DNA of 64,000 bases. It comes from Takakia lepidozioides (lineage: Eukaryota; Plantae; Bryophyta). Positions within the stretch are counted from its first letter, which is position 1, and each line of letters opens with the position of its first letter. A program made the translations under genes and the position numbers. The stretch lies in contig CM060733.1 in assembly GCA_030704615.1 (NCBI GenBank), positions 30,380,001-30,444,000 of the forward strand. Direction: 5' to 3'. The notes beneath the pieces were generated by a model that was not told where the DNA came from, did not search any database, and saw only the letters and a list, made by a program, of their open reading frames with translations. Positions 1 through 11,795 of this stretch are shown here, in pieces.

Positions 1-528
1 CAATTGCTTCTTTTTGGCAAATGCAACCACCATATTCTCATGCACTGTGTTTGCCCCCCTGTAATAGGGTATGTATTCTTCCTTTCCAGACAACCAGCAG
101 CCCAGTGGTAATGGGCACATACCACGTTGGATGTGGTTATGCTCCCTTCGGGAGGCGTCATACTTTTTTACTTTATTCAGTGGAACCCAAACTCTCACTG
201 ATGTCTTCCACTATGAGGATCAGAAATGCTTGGCAGCCTACCTGCATGAGGCCTTCACCCTTACACAATCGCTAGAACATTAATTGTGGTTTCAGGATTT
301 GTTCCTCTCTCATGTTTTCTTCCATTTTGTCCCACAAGCTCTATGAGCTTTCCGCAGACGTTATAAAGTACCATTTCATTTCATTTCATTTCCTTCCTTT
401 CCATATAGTACTTGGCAAGTACTTTCAAAATTGGGGCAATGCAACATTGCGGCAATGCAACTGTGGACGGGCAGTTTTCCTATCTAGCTGGATACTTACA
501 CTTGACGTACACTGAGCTGGGTACTTAC

Positions 529-1221
529 AGATGGAGACTCCGCAGCTGCTGGGTGTTTGTGCGAGATGGTGGCTAGGGCAGGATCACCGCCGGGCATGTC
601 TTCGTCAGAGTCCCCGATGTACTCCATTGCAGGCACACAGAGGTCGTCGTCATCGTCATCATCAATTGCATATCTCCGTGTGGGGGGGGCCATGGACTCT
701 ATTCTTCCACTGCGTCTTGGGGGACCAGAGGGGCGGGCTGGTGGCCGTTGTCTTGCACGCTTTGGCTTCTCTCCCACAATCCTGCATTGGACGCCCCATG
801 GAAGGTGTTGTAAACCCTAAAGCAACCACTAGTTCCCTGAGTGTAACATGACAAAGAAAACATAATGGAGGAGATGACGAACTAATGCACCCCTCAACCC
901 TAAAAGTGTAGCCACTTTCACGACCCGCGACATGCGGCGATCTCCCGCCCACTCCACCATGCGAGCATAACCTACACTGCGCTCTCACTCATCTCATCCT
1001 CTTCATGGTGTCTTAGGAACTCACAAAGCTACCTACATTGCATGAAATCAACCTCCGCAAGCTGCAAACCTCTGCGGAAAGAGTGACTTTGATAGTTCAA
1101 TGTGAACTCACTGTCCTATGTCTTTCAGCAGCTCCGCTTCAACGAGCTTGATGCGAGCAATGTTAGCTTCTCTTAGCCTCTCATAGTCGGTAATGGGTGC
1201 AGTGGCCGCGTGCTTGACCAT
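529..1221 (-). CDS. Spliced ORF of unknown function, divergent from the CACTA transposase remnant; possibly a CACTA accessory gene. Exons 1221-1112 and 781-529, probably continuing.
   Basis: ATG at 1221; exon 1 MVKHAATAPITDYERLREANIARIKL ends at a GTGAGT donor in phase 2; a TGCAG acceptor at 782 restores the frame of ORF 496..777 (basic then acidic low-complexity); GTAAGT donor at 528. Confidence 0.4.
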
Positions 1222-1295
1222 CGCATGAGCACATCGCCTCCCTAAACGCAACATGACGATCAAGATGTACAGAAGGGGGGGGGGGGGGGTCGAGT

Positions 1296-2622
1296 ATGAC
1301 AGGGGATAGGCGGAGAATGAGTTTGCGAGACCACAACCTGTGGAGGTTTGAGGACGCCTACGCCACAGCAAACAACCTGAAGAAAATGTTGTGTAGTTGC
1401 TCAGAGTGCCATGGTGGCAAGTGGCAGCTACGCAAGACAGTAAAGAATCACCTCCTCTTGCATCGCAGGGACCCGAACCTGAGGTACCCTACAATTCCGG
1501 TACGCACTCCATACTTACTCCACACGCATTTCCGACCTGATGTCTCTGCTCAAGATGGGGTCCCATTTTTTCAAATCACCGCCAGTCAGGAGCGCCAGGA
1601 CTGCCTAACAAAACACGTGTCTCACAGACGTTGGCTGTGGGGCCGTGGGTAGTCATGGCCGTGACTACACTTTATGCCGTTGGCAGTCCTAAGCACGGCT
1701 ACACCTGTTTTCACGATCACGTGACGTGTGTCCTAACCTCCACACATGCACCAAAACACTTCAAGTAAGTAGATTAACGGGGGCGTTTCAATCCTAGATT
1801 AGACTAATGTTGCGATTAGAGTTCGAGGATGAACCTCAAAGACAACCTTAGATCCGCAAGGATAAGTATTGATAATAGCCAAGCGCATTGTTGAATGGCT
1901 GAAGTGAATGAATCAAGCACAATTCCAAGAAGCAAAAAATGGCTTCGTTCCTGAACATTATTTGAACTGGCCCAAGGCATACCAGCTGACAACACTGACT
2001 TGTCATTTCGCATTTACTGATGTATCTGCACTGCTGAGTCATGCTTCAGTGCTGCAAATTGCAGGCTCACATTATGTATGATGAAGATTCGGACGGGGAG
2101 GAAGGACCGTCCAATCCTACACTTGAAACGAGGGGTGTGGGTGAAGCTGACCAAGAACAACTTTTACACGAGGAGATGCAACGTGCTTTGCAAGAGGCTT
2201 TTGAAACAACTAACAGAATCAGAAGGGACGCGACTTGTCAAGCGAATGAAGATGAATTTGGCATTCCCCATGCAAGCACTGAGGAACCAGGCAATGCCAC
2301 AAATTCAACTGGGTTGCACGACGGAGGTGGGATGGTGACGGAGGATGAGAGGCAACAATATGAGGGAGACTACGACAAAATATTCAGTGAGTCACAGATT
2401 CCTTTGTATGAAGGGTGTCATCACAGTAGATTGACAGCAACTTTGATGTTGCTGAATTGTTGCACGACCCACAAGTGTACAAATGCGTTTGTGGATGAGC
2501 TCCTGTCATTACTGAAGGATTCATTTTTGCCTAAAGAGAATGCGTTACCGAAATCACATTATGAGGCAAAAACAATGATCGCCAGGATGGGGCTAGCATA
2601 CAAACAGATTCAAATTGGATAA
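1296..2622 (+). pseudogene. Truncated CACTA/En-Spm (Tnp2/TnpD-like) transposase, N-terminal part only
   Basis: CSCSEC...VKNHLLLH resembles the CACTA transposase-associated domain. PLYEGC...LLSLLKDSFLPKENALPKSHYEAKTMIARMGLAYKQI matches the conserved Tnp2 N-terminal block. Similarity stops abruptly near 2612, before the catalytic core. Confidence 0.75.
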
Positions 2623-3760
2623 AGCTAGGTTTTGATTTGGTCAAACCAATTTCTTTCTCACTTTTTCTTTGGGACCTGATATTTGAGGTCTGGGCCAACG
2701 CTATAATCTCACAATTTCCACGGTGGACTTGGCTCATTTTTTGGTATGTCATGCATAAATGAGCTGGGCCCATTCCTATAAGGCTGGAATCTCCGGATGA
2801 TTTTTGGTATGTTTCTAGGGGCAATTTATTGTAGCTGGGTACCCAAAATTGGTAAAAAATAAATAAAAATGGCTTGGGAACTTAAGGGTTAATTTGTTGG
2901 CTCTCTCGTAGAGAGAGACTTAGGCATCATGTTGAAGTCGATGAAGAAAATGTGGTCAAAGAACGTTGCAGAAATCTTTAGGGTAAAGGACTCATTGGCA
3001 CTACCAAATAAGCCTCTTGACCGTTTCGGGTTGTGGTGTAATTAACAGTAAGTATTGAAATTCTTATTTTATTTTGTTTTTCCAGTTTCCAAGGAAACAC
3101 CAGCCAGGAAGCACCTGGATGTGAAAGTATTGTGTATTTTTTGGAAACGTTTTCATTTCTCTCCCTTTCACTTGTTGAGGTCTCAATAGGAAAGAACAAA
3201 CTCAGTTTGATAGAATATTATTTCTTGAGGGCTACATACTAGCAAACATTAGGGTTGTCAAGTCTTTCCATGCATTTCATGTTCTTCTGAATCTCACTAC
3301 CGCAAATATAGAGTTCCGAATATGTAGAGCAGTTTCATTCGGGCCCTGTTCATTCTAGAGTGGCCCAGGAATTAGAGTGGGGGGCTTATGTAATGCCACG
3401 TATATTAAGGAATGTGATCAACGGGTCCAGAAAAAGAAGGGAGGAACGCGAGATGTATTAAATAGGCCAAATTTAGATAGGGAGTCTTGTAGGGCTGACA
3501 TGTGTCCATCCCAAGGTTGGCTGGCTTCTAGAAGGGTCCCACCACCCTGAGAGGGTATATAAGGGAGGCCCCCCTCTTACTACCTACTAACTTGATCAAC
3601 TATTCTATTAATTAAATATAGCTATGGTTCATGATGTTTGCCTCTTTTTTTCTTTTTTGAGGACCCTGCCTATGCAGAGCCCACTAAAAATAAGTACTAA
3701 CTTAGTAAGTAATAAGAGGCAAGGAGAGCATAGTGCTCCTCATTTAGATACCCTCTCAAA

Positions 3761-3850
3761 TGAGGTTTGCTATTTCATGAGCATGAGCGGCATGAGCGGC
3801 ATGAGCGGCATGAGCAGAGTAGTAACACAATCGGTTTTCATGAGCAGAAG
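3761..3850 (+). repeat. Left terminal inverted repeat with tandem CATGAGC(GG) motifs
   Basis: tatttCATGAG CATGAGCGG CATGAGCGG CATGAGCGG CATGAGCAG; further copies near 3839, 3975 and 3995. Confidence 0.8.
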
Positions 3851-4019
3851 TACAAATTTCGAAAATAAAAAACAATAAAAAACAATAAAAAACAATAATT
3901 TAATGCAATGTGTCAGAAAAAACAAATATATTATTCGGCCCCTTGAAGGGAAAATTGCACTTTTGACAGTTGTGCTCATGATATTTTGTCTTCCGCTCAT
4001 GCCAATTCCTAGCGACATG

Positions 4020-4390
4020 TGCAAATATGGCGCCGAATTTCGCGGTAATAGGGTCCGTAACCTGAAAAAACGGCGACGTATTTCGCGGCAATAGGTCTCT
4101 CTGGCGAAAAATGGTGCCGAATTCCGCGGCTATAGGTCCCCTCATGACAGGTAATTCGGCGCCATTTTTCCAGTGCATGTTCGGACTTAGCCAGTTTTCG
4201 GCCCAAAAAAGAGAAATTCGGCGCCATTTTTCCAGACACGGTACCAGTGCATGTTGGGACTTAGCCAGTTTTCGGCCCCAAAAAGAGAAATTCGGCGCCA
4301 TTTTCCCAAACACAGGTACCAGTGCATGTTGGGACTTAGCGAGTTTTCGGCCCCAAAAAGAGAAATTCGGCGCCATTTTTCCAGAAATGG
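4020..4390. repeat. Left subterminal array of about 7 variants of the TTCGGCGCC palindrome, including 74-75 bp tandem units
   Basis: Cores at about 4029, 4072, 4113, 4158, 4220, 4294 and 4369. Confidence 0.85.
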
Positions 4391-4540
4391 CCCCAGAACT
4401 GCTTCTGTTGGATCTCAGTTTGAATGGAATATTGCCTCATTCCAGGAGTTTTGGGGTGCATTTCATTACACTGCAAAAAAAAAGTCTGATACAGCAAAAT
4501 GCATTTGAAAATATCCATATGGAGGATTCCGTTTGCCCCA

Positions 4541-7500
4541 TCAATGATTTCTGGAATCCCTAAGAAGGAGTTTGTGCAGCTCGTTCACGCTCAACGCCGG
4601 TGCATGAATAAAGTCATCAATAGTCACGTTCATCCTCAACCTCTTCAGGTAAATGTAATACAGATGCTTGCACGGATAATACTTCGAACCCTTCTTTGCT
4701 TCCATCAACGAGAAGTCCGTACAGTTGCAAGTCGGCTCCACTCCAATCGTAATTGTGTATACATCGTCGCGTACAGCCGAGCCGGCCGTTGCCATCCGAT
4801 ACACACGCCCAAGGCCGGGTGGGGGTACGTCCACGGAGCTCTGAATAGTGCAAGCCATCCCAAGAGCATTGGCAATCCGAGTCTCATTCAACTTGTTGGG
4901 AGGGTGTCGTCTCTTCACTCTTCCGAATCGCATTGTGGGATGTGCAGAATTGTCCAATCCGTCTCTACTGGACCGAGCAGTATGCAATGGCTGGGTCTGA
5001 GGAACCGGAAATGCGTGGGCCGGGATGTCTGTGCGTTGCACCATTCGAAATCCTGCTGCAGATAGAGCATCCGCCTCATTCTGAGAGAGGCTGCAACCCG
5101 GTGCAACAGGCCAGACGCCCGGAGGCTCCGGCATTCCCTGAATCCCGTACTTGGGCTTGCCAAATACACAGGTCATTATGTCGTGCCTACAGAACCAAAA
5201 TGTCTGCGTTGTGGCGTGAGCAAATGTGGGAGTCAAAAATCTGCCGCTGAAACAAGGTGCAGGTACAGCACCGTGTGGGTTCCTCCGAATCATCTCACCA
5301 CAGCGTGCTCTCGTATCCACCCGGATGGCGCAACACTTCCCTCGAAATGCCGGCAATGTCCTCGCAATTCTCCACTGTGACTCCGACACTCTTGTCTCCA
5401 CAATGGGAATGTTGTATTGCTTTACTACAGATGGCTCGTTATGTTGCCGGGGCACGCGCCCTGTGCTCAAAGGAGATGGCGATCTTGAACGTGCAGGACT
5501 TCCGGTGCTCGACGAGACCTCCTCGGACAACATCACCGGACCACGAGGGAGCGTGCGAATATTCTTGTCAGCTCGCCATGAATCCTCTTCTCCGCCAGGT
5601 GCCTCGTCAAGTCTTCGTCTCACTGGACGGGTATGAACATCTCCTTCCAAATGTTGGCCTCTTCGCAGCAATGGCGTGTCCCGAAGGCCCTCTCGCAAGG
5701 CCGCCGCCCACTTCCGAGGATTCTTCGATCTGGAGGCAGTCCGCATCAGCATTTCCTGCCTGTCCGGCCCCAAGCCCCACTGTTTCCCTTTCAAGAACTC
5801 GTTGTACCTGCATTGCTGCATAATTGACCTCACAATGTCCTCCGTTGTGGCAGTGAGGATGTCCACCAGATGCGCCGCAGAGGAGGCACGCCAGGAAGAG
5901 TGCACTGATTCGGCCATGTTTGTCGTGGGCATGTCGGTGTCGGAGTCGAGACACATTTCCTGCACAAGCACATGTTGAGGTTACAAGCAAGTTACAAATA
6001 TGGCCAAGAATAATATCCAACGGGACGCGAATTCGTGCAACTCACCTCCCGCATATAGTCGCCGAACTGGAGGAAACGATAATGCCACCATGCTAGCCAA
6101 CTGACCATTGCTCCTTCGTCTGATTTCCTTACAGCACCTGACGATGTCCACCAAGCCCGTATGCATGCAAACTGTGTCTCTGCATCATCCAAGGTGGGAG
6201 CGCGCTTCCACGCAAGGCACATGGAACGGTGCTCCTCTCTGAAATCTGGCGCCACGAGCCTGGTTGTGTACTGCGAAAGGCTCTGCAGAAAGTGGAACCC
6301 ACAAGATCTCTCCTTGCCTTCCATGGGAACATTGGGGTCTTGCCCGTACACCCTTCGGATGGCAGCCCAATTTGCTTGTGCGTTGTCCGCCATGAAACCA
6401 CGGAAATTGGGAGGGGGCAATCCCGCCTTGGCCATCTGTTCGTTTATTCCCTGCCAAAGAAGCATCTCCGATTGTGTGTCCTCTCCTTTCATCTCACAAA
6501 TAGCAATTGTCATTAGCATCCTGCAGTGGGTGTCGTAGACATGTGCACCCATTGTCACCCACTGGTGATTTGTAATTCGCTTGATATGGTCGAACATGAC
6601 CCAACTGTTTGACAAGTTCCCACTCGTCATCCTGTCGACCAGTTCGACGCCACTGCCAGGTCCACACGTGGACATTTTGAATACGAAACAACGATCTGCC
6701 TCAGTCCCTTGTCCTGGAAACCTACTTCCATGAATGTAGTCATATCCACATCGTCGCTTCACCTCCAGAATGGAGTGCATATCCGAGCCACGCCCAATTT
6801 TCTGTTTGCAAGAGACAATGTGGTTTCGGACATTCGGTGAACATACGTGGGACACCGACTCGAGCAATGCCTCCATTTCCTTCTCGTCGAGAGGAACTCT
6901 ATCCGAGCCGTCTTCCGACATAATTCTGGCCAATGCCATCTTATGGGCGGCTTGGAGCTGTATCTGTTTGGGTTTGGCACCCGGTCTCAACTTAACCTCC
7001 TCCTGAACGAGCTGCTCTGCTTCGTGGGCAGCCTCCCGCGAGTTCCCCCTCGCCAATTTGTGACAATGGGAACCAACGTGTATGCAAGCTCGGGTGAGGT
7101 CAGGGAAACGGTGCAACACATAGAACTGCTTGGCATTACAAACAGACATGCAGTGTGGTGGTTCTTTGCAATGCGCACACTTAAATGTGGAGTTCGGAAC
7201 CTTCTCCTGAGCTCGAAATGGTTGGTGAGCTGTGCCTGTCCAATCGGTCTCGTTCCTGTGACCTCTGGATTTAAAGTGGAAGCAAGTTGGGGAGAAACAC
7301 CGCAACGCGCCCGCACAAACAACGTAGCGCACCCGCACACCATCAAGCATCTTCATGCTGGTGGTTTTGGTAACGCACCAAGGATGACCGTCATGTTTTC
7401 TATCCATATCTGTCAACATTCCGGACGCCCTCGAGTAGTCCGCCCGAGGAGGGAACTCAAAGAAGACATTACCGTCGACGTCGGCGGGAAGGCATGTAAC

Positions 7501-8133
7501 CGATTTAATTGCGAACTTGCTGTAGTCCAGCCCGGCCAGCTCCGACCGGTGTCCCTCCAGGTGAAGCCCTCGCAGAATTTCTAGAATAGATCGAACTGCG
7601 GTGCTCGTGCTGGGAATATGACTCCCTCCTCCACTGACGTCCATTGAGGACTTGCCTGATCTCCAGGACGACCTCGGAACTTCCATGACCTCGTCTGAGT
7701 CGGACAGGTTGTGAACAACCCGGTTCTCGGTCGTCTTCATGGATGGGTTCGGCTCTGGATTTACTTCGTTGCGGACTTCTCTCTTTGAGGTACCCACTCT
7801 CTGATTCGCGGATTGTTTCGTGGAAGGCGCCAGGATAGACGGTGCATTTGGCGGGCAAATGAAGTCCCCAACAGCCCTGTATATGACGCTGTCCGATGGT
7901 GGAACTCGCCATTCCCTGCCATCGCCGAAATCATCGTGGAGCACAACAATACTCTCGACAACAAGGCCGTTTGAGTCCTTCCTTTCCTCCTCCAAAAAAA
8001 CCGACCCCGGTTTCAGGTGGTATCGAACGCACAGATATTTCTCCATCACCCGGCAGGTGTCCCCTCTGCACGGAAATGAAGCTCTATGCTCGTGAGGAGG
8101 GCAGTACACTGTAGCGCTCGGGTTTTCCGCCAT
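4541..8133 (-). CDS. Mutator-family transposase with GCM-like Zn DNA-binding domain, MULE DDE core and C-terminal SWIM finger; 2 exons (8133-6046, 5959-4541), about 1168 aa
   Basis: GCM-like block DGHPW...CAGALRCFSPTC...CAHC...C...HVGSHCH. MULE motifs WVMFDHIKR (D), FMADNAQA (D), CGFH (CxxH) and TTNMAESVH (E). SWIM CNC...CKHLYY. An 86-bp phase-0 GT-AG intron (6045-5960) joins ORFs 5992..8265 and 4541..5971 with no stops. Confidence 0.88.
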
Positions 8134-8429
8134 GGGAGATGTGCACACAAGACTGCCAGGATGGCGTGCGGGGAAGCTCCCTGGTAGAAGGGGGTGCAGC
8201 GATGGGAATGAATGCGATGCCGATTTGTCCGAGCGACGAAGCCTGATCCAAATCCAGGGAGCCAACTATCTCAAAAATCCACAGTCAGAGTGTTAATGAA
8301 CCTTGTCTCCGGAATGCGGCCCCTCGTCTTTGCGCAATAACTGCCAACGGTATGCAGTCAGAAAGTGGGGGGCCGTCCGGATGATGACGGCTGAAGGGGA
8401 TAAGCCGGCACCGTGCCGTCACATTACTA

Positions 8430-9060
8430 CCCCCGAATGGAAATTCGGCACCCAACATCCAACAGAGGAAGCCCGGATGAAGTCGCCTCGGGCGCAGAGG
8501 CCGGAGTGTGTGCGACAGAGAACATCTTCTGGATGGAGATTCGGCGCCGAATTTCCATCCGGTCCCCCCAAAGGGAGTCGTGTCGGGGGGTCAGGCCGAA
8601 AACTGGACGGCATAAAAACATCCCCAGATGGAAAAACGGCGCCGAATTTCCATCCGGGGCGATTCGGATGCAGTCGGGGAGGGGGGAGTGGCCTGCAGTT
8701 GGCTGTCACATTTCAACCCCCGGACGGAAATTCGGCAACGAATATCGAACAGGGGACGCCCGGATGAAGTCGCCTGGGGCACAGAGGCCGGCCAGTGTGC
8801 GACAGAGAACATCCCCTGGACGGCCATTCGGCGCCGAATTTCCATCCGGGCCCCCCCAAAGGAAGTGTTGTCGGCGTGTCAGAGCGAAAACTGGCCGACA
8901 TAAAAACCTCCACAGATGAGAAAACGGCGCCGAATTTCAATTCGGGGCCGTTCCAATGAAGTCGGGGAGGGGGGAGAGGTCGGAACCTGGCAGTCATATT
9001 TCAACCCCCGGGACGGAAATTCGGCACCGAATATCCAACAGAGCGGCGGAGAGGCGGCAC
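8430..9060. repeat. Diverged array of ~96-bp units organised as a ~288-bp higher-order repeat, each unit with a palindrome variant
   Basis: Cores at 8447, 8543, 8638, 8734, 8830, 8926 and 9023; every third unit is most similar (spacing 287-289). Confidence 0.8.
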
Positions 9061-9084
9061 CTCTCCGACAGAGACCATCCCCCG

Positions 9085-9905
9085 GATGGAGATTCGGCGC
9101 CGAATTTCCATCCAGCAGGTAAGTGGAATCTCGGATGGATGGAGATTCGGCGCCGAATTTCCATCCAGCAGGTAAGTCGGATCGGTGCCATATGGATATT
9201 CGGCGCCGAATTTCCATCCTGCAGGTAATTCGAATCGTGGATGAATGGAAATTCGGCGCCGAATTTCCATCCAGCAGGTAAGTCGGATCGGTGCCATATG
9301 GATATTCGGCGCCGAATTTCCATCCTGCAGGTAATTCGAATCGTGGATGAATGGAAATTCGGCGCCGAATTTCCATCCAGCAGGTAAGTCGGATCGGTGC
9401 CATATGGATATTCGGCGCCGAATTTCCATCCAGCAGGTAAGTCGGATCGGTGCCATATGGATATTCGGCGCCGAATTTCCATCCTGCAGGTAATTCGAAT
9501 CGTGGATGAATGGAAATTCGGCGCCGAATTTCCATCCAGCAGGTAAGTCGGATCGGTGCCATATGGATATTCGGCGCCGAATTTCCATCCTGCAGGTAAT
9601 TCGAATCGTGGATGAATGGAAATTCGGCGCCGAATTTCCATCCAGCAGGTAAGTCGGATCGGTGCCATATGGATATTCGGCGCCGAATTTCCATCCTGCA
9701 GGTAATTCGAATCGTGGATGAATGGAAATTCGGCGCCGAATTTCCATCCAGCAGGTAAGTCGGATCGGTGCCATATGGATATTCGGCGCCGAATTTCCAT
9801 CCTGCAGATAATTCGAATCGTGGATGAATGGAAATTCGGCGCCGAATTTCCATCCAGCAGGTAAGTCGGATCCGTGCCGTATGGATATTCGGCGCCGGAT
9901 TTCCA
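9085..9905. repeat. 53-bp tandem array (two alternating subunits, 106-bp dimer) with 16 palindromes; left arm of the large inverted repeat
   Basis: GGCGCC cores from 9096 to 9891 at exact 53-bp steps; each unit also contains GCAGGTAA(G/T)T. Confidence 0.95.
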
Positions 9906-9928
9906 CTCGCCATTTATTTCTGAGCGAG

Positions 9929-10191
9929 GAATTACCTTCGTGCAGGTAATTCCCATATAAGAATTACCTTCATGCAGGTAATTCGCATACAAGAATTACC
10001 TTTGTGCAGGTAATTTCCAGATGACAATTACCTTCCTGCAGGTAATTCCAATCGATGTTTATTCCTCGTCCAGAATTACCTGCACAAAGGTAATTCTCAT
10101 CTGGAAATTACCTGCATGAAGGTAATTGTTGTATGTGAATTACCTGCACGAAGGTAATTCTTATATGGGAATTACCTGCACGAGGTAATTC
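9929..10191. repeat. Centre of the inverted repeat: 4+4 copies of AATTACCT-N6-AGGTAATT at a 32-bp period around a 24-bp unique spacer
   Basis: Units start at 9929, 9961, 9993, 10025 and 10073, 10105, 10137, 10169 (the last has N5); spacer 10049-10072. Confidence 0.9.
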
Positions 10192-10209
10192 CTCGCTCAG
10201 AAATAAATG

Positions 10210-10765
10210 GCGAATGGAAATCCGGCGCCGAATATCCATACGGCACGGATCCGACTTACCTGCTGGATGGAAATTCGGCGCCGAATTTCCATTCATCCAC
10301 GATTCGAATTACCTGCAGGATGGAAATTCGGCGCCGAATCCATATGGCACCGATCCGACTTACCTGCTGGATGGAAATTCGGCGCCGAATTTCCATTCAT
10401 CCACGATTCGAATTACCTGCAGGATGGAAATTCGGCGCCGAATATCCATATGGCACCGATCCGACTTACCTGCTGGATGGAAATTCGGCGCCGAATTTCC
10501 ATTCATCCACGATTCGAATTACCTGCAGGATGGAAATTCGGCGCCGAATATCCATATGGCACCGATCCGACTTACCTGCTGGATGGAAATTCGGCGCCGA
10601 ATTTCCATTCATCCACGATTCGAATTACCTGCAGGATGGAAATTCGGCGCCGAATATCCATATGGCACAGATCCGACTTACCTGCTGGATGGAAATTCGG
10701 CGCCGAATTTCCATTCAACCACGATTCGATTTACCTGCAGGATGGAAATTCGGCGCCGAATTACC
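10210..10765. repeat. 53-bp tandem array in inverted orientation (right arm), 11 palindromes
   Basis: Reverse complement of the 9360-9905 region; cores 10224-10752, with one 51-bp step. Confidence 0.95.
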
Positions 10766-11580
10766 TGCTTGAAGGAAATTTGGCGAACCGCCCTACCTGC
10801 GCGGATGGAAATTCGGCGCCGGATTTCCATCCGGCGCATCCGAATTACCTGCTTGAAGGAAATTTGGCGCACCGCCATCCTACGCGGATGGAAATTCGGC
10901 GCCGGATTTCCATCCGCGCGCATCCGAATTACCTGCGCGGATGGAAATTCGGCGCCGGATTTCCATCCGGCGCATCCGAATTACCTGCTTGAAGGAAATT
11001 TGGCGCACCGCCATCCTACGCGGATGGAAATTCGGCGCCGGATTTCCATCCGCGCGCATCCGAATTACCTGCGCGGATGGAAATTCGGCGCCGGATTTCC
11101 ATCCGGCGCATCCGAATTACCTGCTTGAAGGAAATTTGGCGCACCGCCATCCTACGCGGATGGAAATTCGGCGCCGGATTTCCATCCGCGCGCATCCGAA
11201 TTACCTGCGCGGATGGAAATTCGGCGCCGGATTTCCATCCGCGCGCATCCGAATTACCTGCTTGAAGGAAATTTGGCGCACCGCCATCCTACGCGGATGG
11301 AAATTCGGCGCCGGATTTCCATCCGCGCGCATCCGAATTACCTGCTTGAAGGAAATTTGGCGCACCGCCCTACCTGCGCGGATGGAAATTCGGCGCCGGA
11401 TTTCCATCCGGGCGCATCCGAATTACCTGCGCGGATGGAAATTCGGCGCCGGATTTCCATCCGCGCGCATCCGAATTACCTGCTTGAAGGAAATTTGGCG
11501 AACCGCCCTACCTGCGCGGATGGAAATTCGGCGCCGGATTTCCATCCGCGCGCTTCCGAATTACCTGCGTGAGGGAAATT
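10765..11580. repeat. Third array type: alternating 83-85 and 53 bp units (136-bp dimer) with GGATGGAAATTCGGCGCCGGATTTCCATCC
   Basis: Cores at 10815, 10898, 10951, 11034, 11087, 11170, 11223, 11307, 11392, 11445 and 11530. Confidence 0.92.
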
Positions 11581-11795
11581 CCGGGACTGTTTTCGTCTAT
11601 TTTCTTCCGACATGGAGGGCTTCATCCGACATTTAATTGCGCAGTTGGGCAATAAATGTCGACGGCCGTCGCTTATTATTCGGGCTGGCGACGCATGGCT
11701 TCCTGGACACGTACCCTAAATCTCATGCTATACTTGGCTTAACATGGTATTCCAGGCATGTACCCCAAAAAAGGAGATCTTTTTGGCTGGGACTT

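Noticed and set aside
141-159. 19-bp hairpin GCTCCCTTCGGGAGGCGTC, identical at 34261-34279; possible Helitron end
   Set aside because: No correctly placed CTRR terminus or extended homology was seen; too short to call.
4499-8114. Plus-strand ORFs overlapping the transposase, and minus-strand ORFs overlapping the cargo gene
   Set aside because: Antisense shadows of GC-rich coding sequence.
4541-8133. Zisupton/KDZ or hAT assignment of the transposase
   Set aside because: The D..D..CxxH..TxNxxES pattern with SWIM and a ~9-10 bp TSD fits Mutator better.
9085-11580. CRISPR-like look (palindromic repeat with ~30-bp intervening sequences)
   Set aside because: The intervening sequences are themselves repeated rather than unique, there are no cas genes, and the context is eukaryotic.
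8303-11636. Many long ORFs on both strands (MEIRRRISI, WKFGAEF, DGNSAPN)
   Set aside because: They are translations of stop-poor tandem repeats in all frames, with no domain content.
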